From: Squalus acanthias | Taxonomy: Eukaryota | Direction of reading: 5' to 3' | NCBI GenBank assembly: GCA_030390025.1 | Contig: JASTWF010000366.1 | Coordinates: 1-64,000, forward strand | Length of the DNA stretch: 64,000 nucleotides | Shown here: positions 49,824 to 63,142 of the stretch, piece by piece | Position numbering within the stretch: the stretch's first letter is position 1 | Layout: each line of letters starts with the position of its first letter | Translations under genes and position numbers: made by a program | The notes under the pieces: model-generated | The model's database searches: none | The model's input: only the letters and a program-made list of their open reading frames with translations | What the model was told of the DNA's origin: nothing

Positions 49824-52800
49824 TTTTTATTTGTTTATGGGATGTGGGCATCGCTGACAAGGCCAGCATTTATTGCCCATCCCTAATTGCCCTTGAGAAG
49901 GTGGAGCTGAGCCACCTTCTTGAACCGCTGCAGTCCGTGTGGTGAAGGTACTCCCACAGTGCTGTTAGGGAGGGAGTTCCAGGATTTTGACCCAGTGACG
50001 ATGAAGGAACAACGATATACTTCTAAGTCAGAATGGTGTGTGACTTGGAGGGGAACTTGGAGGTGGTGGTGTTCCCTTGCGCCTGCTGCCCTTGTCCTTC
50101 TAGGTGGAAGAGGATGCGGGTTTGGGAGGTGCTGCTGAAGAAGCCTTGGCGAGTTGCTGCAGTGCATCTTGTAGATGGTACACACTGCAGCCACGGTACA
50201 CCGGTGGTGGAGGGAGTGCATGTTTAAGGTGGTGGATGGGGTGCCAATCAAGCGGGCTGCTTTGCCCTGGATGGTGGGTCAAGCTTCTTGAGTGTTGTTG
50301 GAGCTGCAGTCATCCAGGTAAGTGGAGAGTATTCCATCACACTCCTGACTTGTGCCTTGTAGATGGTGGAAAGGCTTTGGGGAGTCAGGAGGTGAGACAC
50401 TCACAGAATACCTAGCCTCTGACCTGCTCTTGTTGCCACAGTATTTATGTGGCTGGTCCAGTTACATTTCTGGTCAATGGTGACCCCCAGGATGTTGATG
50501 GTGGAGGATTCAGCGATGGTAATGCCGTTGAATGTCAAAGGGCGGTGGTTAGACTCTCGCTTGTTGGAGATAGTCATTGCTTGGCACTTCTGTGGCGCAA
50601 ATGTTACCTGCGTCGTCCAGGTCTTGTTGCATGCGGGCATGGACTGCTTCATTATCTCATCCACATCCACTCCCTCCACCACTGGCGTACCGTGACTGCA
50701 GTGTGTAACATCTACAAGATGCACTGCAGCAACTTGCCAAGGTTTCTTCGGCAGCACCTCCCAAACCCGCGACCTCTTCCACCTAGAAGGACAAGGGCAG
50801 CAGACGCATGGGAACACTACCACCTCCAAGTTCCCCTCCAAGTCACATATCATCCTGACTTAGAAGTATATCGCCGATCCTTCATCGTCGCTGGGTCAAA
50901 ATCCTGGAACTCCCTACCTAACAGCACTGTGGGAGTACCTTCACCACACGGACTGCAGCGGTTCAAGAATGCGGCTCACCACCACCTTCTCAAGGGCAAT
51001 TAGGGATGGGCAATAAATGCTGGCCTTGCCAACGATGTCCACATCCCATAAAAATGAATTAAAAAAAAAATCTGAGGAGTTGCGAATGGCGCTGAACACT
51101 GTGCAGTCATCAGCGAACATCCGCATTTCTGACCTTATGTTGGAGGGAAGGTAATTGATGAAGCAGTTGAACCTAGGACACTGCCCTGAGGAACTCCTGC
51201 AGCGATGTCCTGGGGTTGAGATGATTGACCGTCAAACACCACAACCATCTTCCTTTGTGCTAGGTATGACTCCAGCCAGTGGAGAGGTTTCCTCCGGATT
51301 CCCATTGACTTCAGTTTTACTAGGGCTCCTTGATGCCACACTTGGTCAAATGCTGCCTTGATGTCAAGGGCAGTCACTCTCACCTCACTTCTGGAATTCA
51401 GCTCCTTTGTCCATGTTTGGACCAAGGCTGTAATAAGGTTGGGTGCCAAGTGGTCTTGGCGGAACCCAAACTGGGCATCAGTGAGCAGGTTATTGGTGAG
51501 TAAGTGCCGCTTGATAGCACTGTCGATGACACCTTCCATCACTTTGCTGATGGATGAGAGTAGACTGATGGAGCAGTAATTGGCCGGGTTGGATTTGTCC
51601 TGCTTTTTGTGGACAGGACATATCTGGGCAGTTTTCCACATTATCAGAGAGATTCCAGTGTTGTAGCTGTACTGGAATAGCTTGGCTAGAGGCACGGCTA
51701 GTTCTGGAGCACAAGTCTTCAGCACGATAGCCGGGATGTTGTCGGGGCCCAGAGCCTTTGCTGTATCCAGTGCGCTCAGCCATTTCTTGATATCACATGG
51801 AGTGAATCGAATTGGCTGAAGACTGGCTTCTGTGATGGTGGGGACCTCAGGAGGAGGCCGATATGGATCATCCACTCGGCACTTCTGGCTGAAGATGGTT
51901 GCAAACGCTTCAGCCTTGTCTTTTGCACTCACGTGCTGGGCTCCACCATCATTGAGCCTCCTCCTCCCGTTAGTTGTTTAATGGTCCACCACCATTCACG
52001 ACTGGATGTGGCAGGACTGCAGAGCTTTGATCTGATCCGTTGAATCGCTTAGCCCTGTCTATAGCATGCTGCTTCTGCTTTTTACCATGCATGTAGTCCT
52101 GTGTTGCAACTTCCCTAGGTTGGCACCTCATTTTTTGGTCCGCCTGGTGCTGCTCCTGGCATGCTCTTCTACACTCCTTATTGAGCCAGGGTTGGTCCCC
52201 TGGCTTGATGGTAATGGTAGAGTGAGGGATATGCCAAGCCATGAGGTTACAGATTCTGGTGGAATACAATTCTGCTGCTGCTGATGGCCCACAGAGCCTC
52301 ATGAATGCCCAGTTTTGAGCTGCTAGATCTGTTCTGAATCTATCCCATTTAGCACGGTGGTAGTGCCACACAACACTGTGGAGGGTGTCCTCAGTGTGAA
52401 GATGGGACTTCACCTCCACAATGACTGGGCAGTGGTCACTGCTACCAATGCTGTCATAGACAGATGCATCTGCGACAGGTAGATTGATGAGGACGAGGTC
52501 AAGTAGGTTTTCCCCTCGTGTTGGTTCTCTCACCACCTGTCGCAGGCCCAAATTCGCAGCTATGACCTTCAGGACTCGGCCAGTAGTGGTGCTACCAAGC
52601 CACGCTTGGTGATAGACATTGAAGTCCCCCACCCAGAGTACATTCTGTGACCTTGCTACTCTCAGTGCTTCTTCCAAGTCGTGTTCAACATGGAGGAGTA
52701 CTGATTCATCAGCTGAGGGAGGGTGGTAGGTGGTAATCAGCAGGAGGTTTCCTTGCCCATGCTTGACCTGAAGCCATGAGACTTCATGGGGTCCGGAGTG

Positions 52801-53437
52801 AATGTTGAGGACTCCCAGGGCCACTCCTTCCCGACTGTATACCACAGTGCCGCCACCCCTGGTGGGTCTGTCCTGCCGATGGGACAGGGCATACCCAGGG
52901 ATGGTGATGGAGGAGTTTGCGACATTGGCTGAAAGGTATGATTCTGTGAGTATGACTATGTCAGGCTGTTGCTTGACTAGTCTGTGCAACAGCTCTTCCA
53001 ATTTTGGCACAAGTCCCCAGGTGTTGGTGAGGGGGACTTTGCAGGGTCAACTGGGCTGGGTGTGCCGTTGCCCTGTCCGTAGCCGGTGCCGATGCCAGGT
53101 GGTCCGTTCAGTTTCATTCTTATTATTGTGTTTCGTAGTGACTTGCTAGGCCACTTCAGAGGGCAGTTAAGAGTCAACCACATTGCTGTAGATCTGGAGT
53201 CACATATAGGCCAGATCAGGTAAGGACGTCAGATTTCCTTCCCTAAAGGACATTAGTGAACCAAATGGGTTTTTACGACAATCCGATAGTTTCATGGTTA
53301 CCATTACTGATATTTATTTAATTAACTGAATTGAAATTCCCCAGCTGCCGTGGTGGAATTTGAACTCATGTCTCTGGATCATTAGTCCAGGCCGCTGGAT
53401 TACTAGCCCAGTGACATTACCACTACGCTACCATTCC
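49824..53437 (-). mobile_element. Full-length EN-RT LINE with tRNA-derived 5' head
   Basis: EN ORF 53010-51970 (DIVILTESYL, RGGG, GDFN, SDH) and RT ORF 51932-51135; head GGTAGCGTAGTGG..GAGTTCAAATTC. Confidence 0.93.
50658..51070 (+). mobile_element. 3' fragment of the same LINE family nested in the opposite orientation
   Basis: Ends in poly(A); the host sequence ATTATCT|GAGGAG rejoins with a short (A)TCT duplication. Confidence 0.88.
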
Positions 53438-53670
53438 TGACGTCTAACTACTAACAATGATTCCACCTGCTGATTATACTCACTTAGATTAGCTAAAGAA
53501 ATTCTAAAATTAAAATAATATGAATTGGAGATACAGAGAAGTGGAGGAAAAGGAAGCACAGGGCATTTTTTTTTGAAGTTGTAAAATTATGTTTTAAGTG
53601 CCTTAAGGAGGGGAGGAGTGAACATGATAGGGATGGGAGGGGAAGCACTGCAGCTATTTTATGAGTGATG

Positions 53671-53912
53671 TGTGGCGGATCGCCACCTAAACGGGCATTA
53701 CCCACTTTTCCGTCTGTGGTAAATATATCGATGCACCTTCCCTTTAAGGCACCTTACCTTTAAGGCAGGAGTGGGCGGGGCCTCAGGGTTTTTCCAGTGA
53801 ATTCTGGGAGCAGTCTGTTCAGCCATTAGGTACCATGCGGTTGCATTAAAGAAGTCTCTTGTTTTACACACATGGATTCAGCCCTAATTCGTGTTTCGCG
53901 GCAGCCTCAACA
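53671..53912 (+). repeat. 5' LTR
   Basis: TGTGGCGG...CTCAACA; direct repeat of 57462-57703; ATTAAA signal. Confidence 0.95.
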
Positions 53913-53913
53913 T

Positions 53914-53927
53914 TGGTGACCCCGACG
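53914..53927 (+). promoter_or_regulatory. Primer binding site (tRNA-Trp)
   Basis: TGGTGACCCCGACG is complementary to the 3' end of tRNA-Trp. Confidence 0.88.
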
Positions 53928-53952
53928 CTCAGAACATATCCCGAGCACAGCA

Positions 53953-56900
53953 ATGGCGGACACGAACGCAGTTTCCGTGAAACTGCCGGAGTTTTGGGAA
54001 AACCAGCCCGAAGCCTGGTTTCTCCAAGCCGAATCTCGCTTCCGGCTGCAACGCATCACCACAGATGGGACGAAGTACGACTATCTCGTCACATCACTCG
54101 GTAGCGCCACATTTTCGAAGGTTTGGACAACGCTGCAGAACCCACCAGAGGAAGGCAGGTATGCACATCTCAAGACAGCGCTCCTTAAAAAATTTACGGC
54201 CTCGGCATATCAGCGAAACTGCCACCTCCTCGACCTTCCATGCCTCGGTGATGCCTCACCGTCAGACCTCCTCTCCCACATGCTCTCCCTCACCGACGAG
54301 AGCCCACCCGGAACCCTCTTCCGCACGCTGTTCATCCGCCAGCTCCCTCTCAGCATCCGCCCAGCGATCGTGGCGTCTGGTCTCATGAACCTGGAAGCCC
54401 TGGCCGATGAGGCCGACAAGCTGCTGTCCGCTCACTCCAGCCGCGACGTCACTCCGGACCTGGCAGCCAATGCCTGGGCGCGCCCCTCACAGGCCAGCAC
54501 GTGGCCACAAGGGCCTGCCACCAGGCCCACGGGGCCTTCACGCCCCACTAACCCGGGCCACTGTTACTACCACGCACGGTTCGGCGCCAGGGCACAACGG
54601 TGCACACCTCCCTGCTCTTTCAAGTCCACCCCCGTACCAGCCCCCGCGATGGCCGTGGGCCACGCGGGCTCCCTGCTGTTCGTCACGGATGACAAAACCG
54701 GCCGCTGGTTCCTGTGCGACACTGGGGCTCAGCACAGCATCATCCCGGCCTCCTCCCTCGACATCCAAAAGGGCGAACGAGGACCGGCGCTGGCTGCTGC
54801 TAACGGCTCGGAAATCCAGACGTATGGCACCCGGACAGTCACCCTCGACCTCGCTGGTCGCCGCTACCGATGGGAGTTCATCACTGCCAAGGTGCTCTCC
54901 CCTCTCATCAGCGCAGATTTCCTGTGCGCCCACGGCCTACTGGTAGACATCCCTCGTCACCGCCTCGTGAACATGAACACCATGTCCCCCATCCTGGGTG
55001 CCATGGCCCCCCGGCAACCCGCCGACATGGCGTCACAGTGCCACGCCCGGGCCACGGATGACTACTCGGCACTCCTGGCCGAATTCCCGGCCCTTACCAA
55101 TCCGACCTTCTCCGCGGAGGCCGCCAAACATGGGGTGGAACACTTCATCCCCACCACAGGCCCCCCAGTGTACGCCCACGCCCGCAGGCTGGACCCGACC
55201 AAACTGGAGATCGCGCGGACCGAGTTTGCCACCATGGAACAGCTCGGCATCATCCGCCGCTCCAACAGTCCCTGGGCCTCCCCACTTCACATCGCCCCCA
55301 AACCAGGCAGAGGTTGGCGCCCCTGCGGGGATTACCACTGCCTCAACGACGCCACCACCCCTGATCGGTACCCCGTGCCGCACATTCAGGACTTCTCGGC
55401 TAGACTGGCCGGCCGCTCAGTCTTTTCCAAGGTCGACCTGGTGCGCAGCTACCACCAAGTCCCCGTCCACCCCGCGGACGTCCCCAAGACGGCCGTAATC
55501 ACCCCCTTCGGCCTGTTCGAGTTCCTGCGGATGCCCTTCGGCCTCAAAAATGCGGCCCAGGCATTCCAACGGCTCATGGACTCGGTCCTTCGGGACCTGA
55601 AGTTCCTGTTCGTCTACCTGGACGACATCCTGGTAGCCAGTTCCTCCAAGCAGGAACACCTCGAACACCTTCGCATCCTGTTCGGGCGCCTCAGCGACCA
55701 CGGGCTCATGCTCAGCCCAACCAATGCCAGGGTAGCGCTCACCACGGACGCCTCCGACCACGCGGTCGGCACCATGTATGAGCAGTGGGTCGACGGCGCC
55801 TGGCAACCACTTGCCTTCTTCAGCCGCCAACTACGCCCCCCGGAGGTCAAATACAGCACCTTCGACCGCGAGCTCCTCGCGCTGTTCCTGGCGGTCCGCC
55901 ATTTCCGTTTTTTGCTTGAGGGCCACCCCTTCACTGCGTTTGTCGACCACAAGCCCCTGACATTCGCAATGGCAAAGACAGCTGACCCCTGGTCCGCCAG
56001 GCAGCAGCGCCAGCTCGTGGCAGTGTCCGAGTTCACCACGGACATCCAACACGTCTCCGGCCGAGACAATGTGGTAGCTGACTGCCTCTCCCGCCCCGCC
56101 ATCCACGCCGCACACCTGGCAGTCGACTATACTCAACTCGCAGCGGACCAGATCACCGACCCTGATCTGTTCTCCGCACCCACCAACCTACCAGGGCTAC
56201 GCCTGGCCGACGTCGCCTGTGGCCAGACCGCAGTCACGGTCAAGTGCGACATATCCCTATGTCAACCTCGGCCCGTCGTCCCAGCGTCCTGGCGCCGCCG
56301 GGTATTCGACATTCTCCACAACCTCTCCCACCCCGGCGCCCGCGCATCCATCAAATTGGTAGCCAACCGCTTCGTCTGGCGCAGCCTTCGCAAGGATGTG
56401 CGTACTTGGGCCAACTCCTGCCTAGCCTGCCAACGGGCCAAGGTACAGCAACACACGAAAGCACCCCTCGAGGAGTTTACCGTCCCCTAGCGGAGATTCG
56501 ACCACATCGACGTGGACATCGTCGGGCCCCTGCCGCCGTCGCAAGGCCACACGCACTTGCTGACCATCGTTGACCGCACCACACGCTGGCCCGAGGCAAT
56601 TCCACTGACCTCTACCACCACCGTCGACATCGCCAGAGCCTTCGTCAGCACCTGGGTCGCACGGTTCGGCGTCCCCTCCGACATGACGTCGGACAGAGGT
56701 CCGCAATTTACCTCTGAACTCTGGACCGCCGTTGCACGCAATCTCGGGGTGACCATTCACCGCACCACAGCGTACCACCCCCAAGCCAACGGACTGTGTG
56801 AGCGGTTCCACAGATCCTTGAAGGCATCTCTTCGAGCCAGCCTCCAGGACGGCGCCTGGACCGACCGACTTCCGTGGGTCCTCCTCGGCCTGCGCACCGC

Positions 56901-57441
56901 GGTTAAAGAAGACCTCCACGCATCGGCAGCAGAGCTCGTGTACGGTCAGCCGCTGCGCGTACCCGGCGAGTTCCTGCCCACCGCCACGACACCCTGGTCA
57001 GCCGACCAGCAACACCACGATTTCGCCTCACCGGCGCTGCAGGTCGCCCCGGTGCCCATTGCCCAACACGACGAATCCACCTCACACGTCCCACTAAGCC
57101 TGCACCAGGCACGGTTTGTTTTCATCCGGCACGACGCCCACTGTGGACCCCTTCAACCCCCGTACGACGGGCCCTACAAGGTGCTACAGGCTGGGGACAA
57201 ATTTTTCACCCTGCAAGTGGGCGACAGGACCGAAAAAGTGTCGGTTGACCGACTCAAGCTAGCACGCTCGGAGCCCGGTGAGCAGGTCCCTGTAGCTCGT
57301 CCACCTCCACGCGGCCGACCTGCCCTCAAGCCGGCTCACCCGGCTGCTCCACGCCCGGCCGTTCCACGTCCACCGGCGTCCTACAAGAGCCGCTCCGGCC
57401 GACCCATCAGACCGCCGCACCGTCTCGTCCACACCTCCTAA
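53953..57441 (+). pseudogene. Gag-Pol polyprotein with one in-frame TAG (56488-56490) and an in-frame RT thumb/connection deletion (~55718)
   Basis: VKLPEFW..PEAWF (Gag), CYYHARFGARAQRCTPPC, FLCDTGA (PR), YLDD (RT), TTDAS..DRELLA..NVVADCLSR (RNase H), H..H..CLAC, VDIVGP/SDRG/ERFHR and GPY (integrase). Confidence 0.93.
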
Positions 57442-57461
57442 GCGGATTCTGGGGGGAGCTG

Positions 57462-57703
57462 TGTGGCGGATCGCCACCTAAACGTGCATTACCCACTTTT
57501 CCGTCCGTGGACAATATATCGATGCACCTTCCCTTTAAGGCACCTTTCCTTTAAGGCAGGAGTGGGCGGGGCCTCAGGATTTTTCCAGAGAATTCTGGGA
57601 GCTGTCTGTTCAGCCATTAGGTACCATGCGGTTGCATTAAAGAAGTCTCTTGTTTTACACACATGGATTCAGCCCTAATTCGTGTTTCGCGGCAGCCTCA
57701 ACA
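57462..57703 (+). repeat. 3' LTR, preceded by PPT GGGGGGAG
   Basis: Direct repeat of the 5' LTR with 8 mismatches counted; followed by the GATG TSD. Confidence 0.95.
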
Positions 57704-58499
57704 GATGTTTATTTTCTGTATTTTAACTGAGGGTTGAAATTTGCACCTACTATAATTAATTTTAGCACAAACAGTATCGAGTCAGAGATTAGGTTCAGTG
57801 GCCAAGAAGAGCAACATAAAATAGGAAGAAAAGCAAAACAGAAACACAATGGCAAATTTCAAGTTTAATATTTATTGCTATCACAAGAATTTATTTACTT
57901 TTTGATGCTGAAACTACAACTCAGATTGCAAGTTTGACGATAGGAAAAATGCCGACAGGATGATTTTTCAAAGGAGCAGAAAATAAAGACTGAATTTTAA
58001 GCTAGGAACTATTTACTCCCTTGTCAAAAATGTAATTTTAGGCCTGGATTAGATGCAGTCTGGAGTTTTTCACTATCCCAGTTCTTTATCAATGTGACTG
58101 AGTCCCATCATCAACACAGCTCACCACTGCAGTGACACAACACTTTGTTTCCCAGTGCGATCTATCCTCACAGCTTCTCTCAGTGCGACTGGCCAATCAG
58201 TCCCAATGAATACAAAATTCTAGGCAGTTTTGTACTCTGGATTTATATCCACTAGAAATTGGATTGAGACTGTCTAAACTAATTTCCCTAGGATCTTTAA
58301 CAGCCATCACAGACAATGAGAGAGAGGAGACATTTTATTCCATCTGTCTGGGCTGGATTGAACCCAGGTTCCGCTTTCAGTGAAATGACATTATTCTAAC
58401 CAACTGTGCCATCAAGTCCACACTGTTTCTGCTTATTTTTAGGCACCCGTTTCTGAAAGAATTCTGTTTTCTTTTCTCGTGTACCTAGCTAGAACAACA

Positions 58500-58740
58500 A
58501 TGCTACTCTGGAAAGGCTACAGAGGCAAGCAACCACGACGATTATGGGTATCAGGAACTTAAGTTATGAGGGAAGGTTGATGAGGTTGGGTTTACTTGCT
58601 TTGGAAAAGAGAAGACCACAATGTGAGCTAATCGGAATGACCAAGATTATGAAGGGAATTGACAAAGGTGATCCAGTTACATTGTTCATTATGGCATAGG
58701 GTTCAAGTACCATGGGGCACAAATTAACAAGTTAGGAGCA
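58500..58740 (+). mobile_element. Decayed CR1 3' RT relic
   Basis: LEKV.RQAT..I..LSYEGRL.RLGL..LEKRR-like translation. Confidence 0.55.
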
Positions 58741-58814
58741 AGAAGAAAAGGCCAGCAGCAATTGTTCTTAATTTATATTTTGTAGCCATTTTTCCCACTT
58801 CTCCTGGGATCACG

Positions 58815-59389
58815 TGGGCCATGGGGAGCCAATCAGAGAAGGGAATCTCCCTTCATACATTTGACAGGAAGACCTGTCAAATATATGAATAGAGATCACC
58901 CCCAAAACATAGGAAAACATTAAATAATTTTTTTTTTAAATCACATTTTTAAAATGACTTTAAATTAAAATAAATTAAGTATTTTAAACAAAAATGTTAT
59001 TCTTTGAAAAAAATAATAACATTTTTTAACGGGGCTAAAAATAAACTTACCTTTCTTTAAAGTATTTTAAAATATAAATCAGTGGAAAAAAATATATTTT
59101 TTAACTTTTTTCAACTCTTATCCTGGTAAAAGCAGGCCTTACGCCTGCTTTTACCAGGCACAAGAATTGGAAGTGTTTTCTGCGGGCGGAGGGTCTCCAA
59201 AAAGCGGAACTATCCGCCCGCAGAGGCCCTGCTCCAGGGCAGCCGGAGGATCTGTCAAGAGCTTTCTTGACAGATCGGAAATGCCGGTTTCCAGCGCATG
59301 CGCAGTGCATGCCTGAAACCGGCATTTCCGTTGGCCCAACAGGTGAGTACACAGCGCGTACACACCCGTGGGGAACGGAATTTCTGCCC
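58815..59389. mobile_element. Harbinger-type MITE fragment (palindrome-rich)
   Basis: Right end CGGAATTTCTGCCC resembles the other TIRs; internal hairpins CCTGGTAAAAGCAGGC..GCCTGCTTTTACCAGG, GATCTGTCAAG..CTTGACAGATC and CGGAAATGCCGGTTTC..GAAACCGGCATTTCCG. Confidence 0.6.
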
Positions 59390-60639
59390 CAATATATTGC
59401 TAATAGAATGAAATGTCAAGTACTTAGCCAACTAAACTTAACAAAGTGAATACTTTGGTTCATTCTGTACATAAAGATAGTTAGTAAATAATCTTTTCAG
59501 CTGTCAGGAAGGATCTTTGCCTTTTGTAGTCTGTTGTAATACTTCTGAAATATCTCATCAATCCTCTTTTGTGCTTCACTTTCAGTATTCAGACTAACAA
59601 TACTTTTCTGTCAAGCTGTTCAAGCAAACAAACCTCCTTGGGTATTGTAAGATAATTAGCAGCCGTACCCATATGTAGCAATGTAAGATCATTTATAGAA
59701 GTATGTATATAGGGCAGTGTGAAGTAACTGACAGTGATCCTCATTGCTTAGCCTGGTGCTTTTCTTCAAATTGGACACCTTCCTCTGCACATCCTTTGAT
59801 TGCGGGTGGTGTAGACACCACATTTATCTGACACACAATTGCCCCCAGACCTGCTGTATCCTTTGTTTTGTCATGGGTTGCCCTTCTAATCCATAGAGGG
59901 CATTTGACTATTTCTTCACATTGTCCACAATGATCTGCAGGAACTCATCTGTGAAGTGAGCTTTTCACATTTAGATTAATGCAGTGAGCATTATTTATAG
60001 TGTATCAAAACATTTAAGGAGTTAATGAGTGATTCAGCTACATTATAGCAGGTGATTTTTGATTGGCTGCTCCATTGTGCATTAGTTAGAACACACCTAA
60101 TCTCCACATAACACAAAATGAGTAAATTTGTATGTTCCTGCAAGTGCACTAAAAATTGGGCAAAATTAATTTAAATTTAACATAAAATCAGTGTTCGCAG
60201 AGCAAATTAAATGGTTAGGTTATGATAGAAGAACTATAGGATATGAAAACCTAGATTCCAGTGATATTAGAACCTTGGATTTTTTCCCATAAGTAATGCT
60301 GTGTTAATGGACTCCTTTAGAAAAAAGTGCTAGAGAAATATTTGGTTAGCGAAAGAGTTGAAAGCTGTACTGAGACGTACAGGCATAGATCATCAGATAC
60401 TCTGCAACTTAATGGTTCAAATGTTGTTGGGATCATAGAAATTTCAACTACGAAATGTAACAAGTCAGAGATGAATAATGTAGGTTGCAGAGTTAAAGTC
60501 ATACCCTGATTTTCAAAAGGTTGAGAGAAATTTCACTGAACTTTATCTTGTCAGAAGTTTTACCCACAGTTGATCATTTCTCCCAGAAGATTGAGTAGGC
60601 TGGGTACAGTCCATAATAGAACTACAATTATATATAAGC

Positions 60640-63142
60640 GCAAAAGCAAAATACTGCGGATGTTGGAAATATGAAATAAAAACAGAAAATGCTGGAAATA
60701 TTCAGCAGGTCAGGCAGCATCTGTAGAGAGAGAAACAGAGTTAACGGGGGGAATTTTGTCAGCCCTGGGGAGGCGGGTTTGGAGGCGGGACTGCCGGGAA
60801 AATGGCAGAATCTGGGGGCGGGTGCCCATCCCACCCACAACCCGCCTCCGTGCCATCTTCCCAGGAGGCGGGTACCCGACCCACGCCGGGTCCCGTCTCC
60901 CTGAGGCGGGAAGGGGATTACAGCCACTTAACTGCCTGTTAACAGGTAGTTAACAGGCAGTTAAGAGGATTATCCCCATTTTACCCCTGCAAGTGCAGAC
61001 TTCCTGACGTCGGGAAATCCCGCCAGGGTCAGCGAGACGAGCAGTGGGTCTGCGGGGATCAGAGGGGTCGAAAAGTGCGCTGTGGAGGTGAGTGATGGGT
61101 GCAAGTGTGGAAAGGTAAGTGTGTGAGGTGAGTGTAAAGTGATAGAAAATGTTTACTTACCTTTGTTTCTTCCTGCAGGCTTCAACAGTTGGGGAACCGG
61201 AGACTCCCGCATCTCACCGGCAGAGATGACAGAATGGCTGCTGCATTCTCCGATGCAACAGCCATCTGATTTCTGCTCAGCAGATAGGTTTGATGAGTCT
61301 TGAATACAAGGACTCATCAAACAACAGAGAATGTCAGTGTTTGACAGCTTCACAGAGCGATCAAACGATGACAATTCATCTGTCAAAAATTTTTGACAGA
61401 TGAAACGTCATACGCTGACGTTCTCTGTCACTGGCTTCCCCTTAATTGGCCTGCTAAGCCCACTGGGTGGGCTTAACAAGGTCAATCAAGGGAAAATAGC
61501 GGGGGTTGGCCTGAAGTCGATGGAGGCGGGACTAAAACCCGACAAGTGGGAGCCCCGCCTCCAAAAGCGCCCCATTGGCAAAATCCAGCCCAATGTTTCA
61601 GGTCGATGACCCTTCGTCAAAACTGGAAAAAGTTGGAGATGTAACAGGTTTTTAAGCAAATGTAGGGGCAGAGAGAGGGGGGAGGGGAGGAAAGAACAAA
61701 AGGGAAGGTCTGTGATAGGATGGAAGGCAGGAGAGATTAAATGACAAAAGGGATGATGGTGCAAGGCAAAAGGAGATGGTAATGGAACAAGTTAAGAAAC
61801 AAAAGATGGCTCTAGATGAAGTGTAAATGGCAATGGCAGAATAATCAACAGCTGCCATTTGAGAGAAAGAGAAAAAAAATGATGGGGCAGAGGTTATGGT
61901 CTGAAATTGTTGAACTCGATGTTGAGTTCAGAAGGCTGTAAAGTGCCTAATCGAAAGATGAGGTGCTGTTCCTCGAGCTTACGTTGAGCTTCATTGGTAC
62001 AGTGTAAGAGGCCGAGGACGGTGAGGTCAGAGTGGGAGTGGAGCGGAGAATTAAAGTGACAGGCGATCGGAAGCTCGGAGTCACCCTTACGGACTGAACG
62101 GAGGTGTTCCGCAATGCGGTTACCCAATCTGCGTTTGGTCTCCCCAATGTAGAGGAGACCGCATCGTGGGCAGTGAATACAGTATACTAAATTGCAAGAA
62201 GTACAAGTAAATTGTTGTTTCACCTAGAAGGAGTGTTTGGGGCCCTGGACAGTGGAAATGGAGGAGGTAAAAGGGCAGGTGTTGCATCTCCTGCGCTTGC
62301 ACGAGAAGGTGCCGGACGAAGGGGAAGGGGTGTTGGGGGTGATAGAGGAGTGGACCAGGGTGTCGCGGAGGGAGCGGTCCCTTCGGAATGCTGAAAGGGG
62401 ACGTGAGGGGAAGATGTGTTTGGTGGTGGGATCATGCTGGAGGTGTCGGAAATGGCGGAGGATGATCCGCTGAATGTGGAGGCTGGTGGGGTGAAAGGGA
62501 CAAGGGGAACCCTATCGTGGTTCTGGGAGGGAGGGGAAGGGGTGAGAGCAGAAGTGCGGGAAATAGAACGGACACGGTCAAGGGCCATGTCAACCACGGT
62601 AGAGGGGAATCCTCGGTTGAGGAAAAAGGAAGACATGTCGGAAGCACTAGTATGGAAGGTGGCATCATCAGAGCAGATGTGGCGGACACGGAGAAACTGG
62701 GAGAATGGAAGAGAGTCCTTACAGGAAGCGGGGTGGGAGGAAGTGTAGTTCAGGTAGCTGTGGGAGTCACTGGGCTTATAGTGAATGTTTGTCAATAGCC
62801 TATCCCCAGAGATGGAGACAGAGAAGTCGAGGAAGGGAAGAGAAGAGTCGGAGATGGACCATGTGAAGGTGAGGGAAGGGTGGAAATTGGAAGCACAGAG
62901 TATGAAATTTTCTAGTTCAGGGCGAGAGCAGGAAACGGCACCGATACAGTCATCAATGTACCGGATAAAGAGGTGAGGGAGGGGACCTGAGTAGGACTGG
63001 AACAAAGAATGTTCCACATATCCCACGAAAAGGCAGGCATAGCTTGGACCCATGCCAGTTCCCATAGCAACACCTTTAATTTGGAGGAAGTGAGTGGAGT
63101 CAAAGGAGAAATTGTTCAATGTGAGAACAAGTTCAGCCAGGC
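60640..63142 (-). mobile_element. Penelope-like element (RT core to 3' tail), interrupted by a MITE
   Basis: LAELVLTLNNFSF..GVAMGTGMGPSYA..RYIDDC..LPFLD (PLE RT); GIY-YIG ORF 62223-61894; tail homologous to 25790-26225. Confidence 0.93.
60746..61591. mobile_element. PIF/Harbinger-type MITE, 846 bp (family A, copy 2)
   Basis: TIRs GGGGGGAATTTTG / CAAAATCCAGCCC; TSD AAC/AAT (CpG decay); colinear with 1266-2112. Confidence 0.9.

Larger units (their letters stand above)
53671..57703 (+). mobile_element. Ty3/Gypsy LTR retrotransposon, CsRn1/Kabuki-like clade
   Basis: 242-bp LTRs (TG..CA), 4-bp TSD GATG, tRNA-Trp PBS, PPT, and a gag-pol ORF in PR-RT-RH-IN order with a CHCC Gag motif. Confidence 0.96.

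Noticed and set aside
56488..56490. Programmed stop-codon readthrough
   Set aside because: The TAG lies within integrase, between the Zn-finger and the core, not at a gag-pol boundary; a point mutation is more likely.
54065..57477. Multiple overlapping alternative-frame ORFs in the Gypsy element
   Set aside because: Expected by-product of high GC content; no env-like or other motifs.
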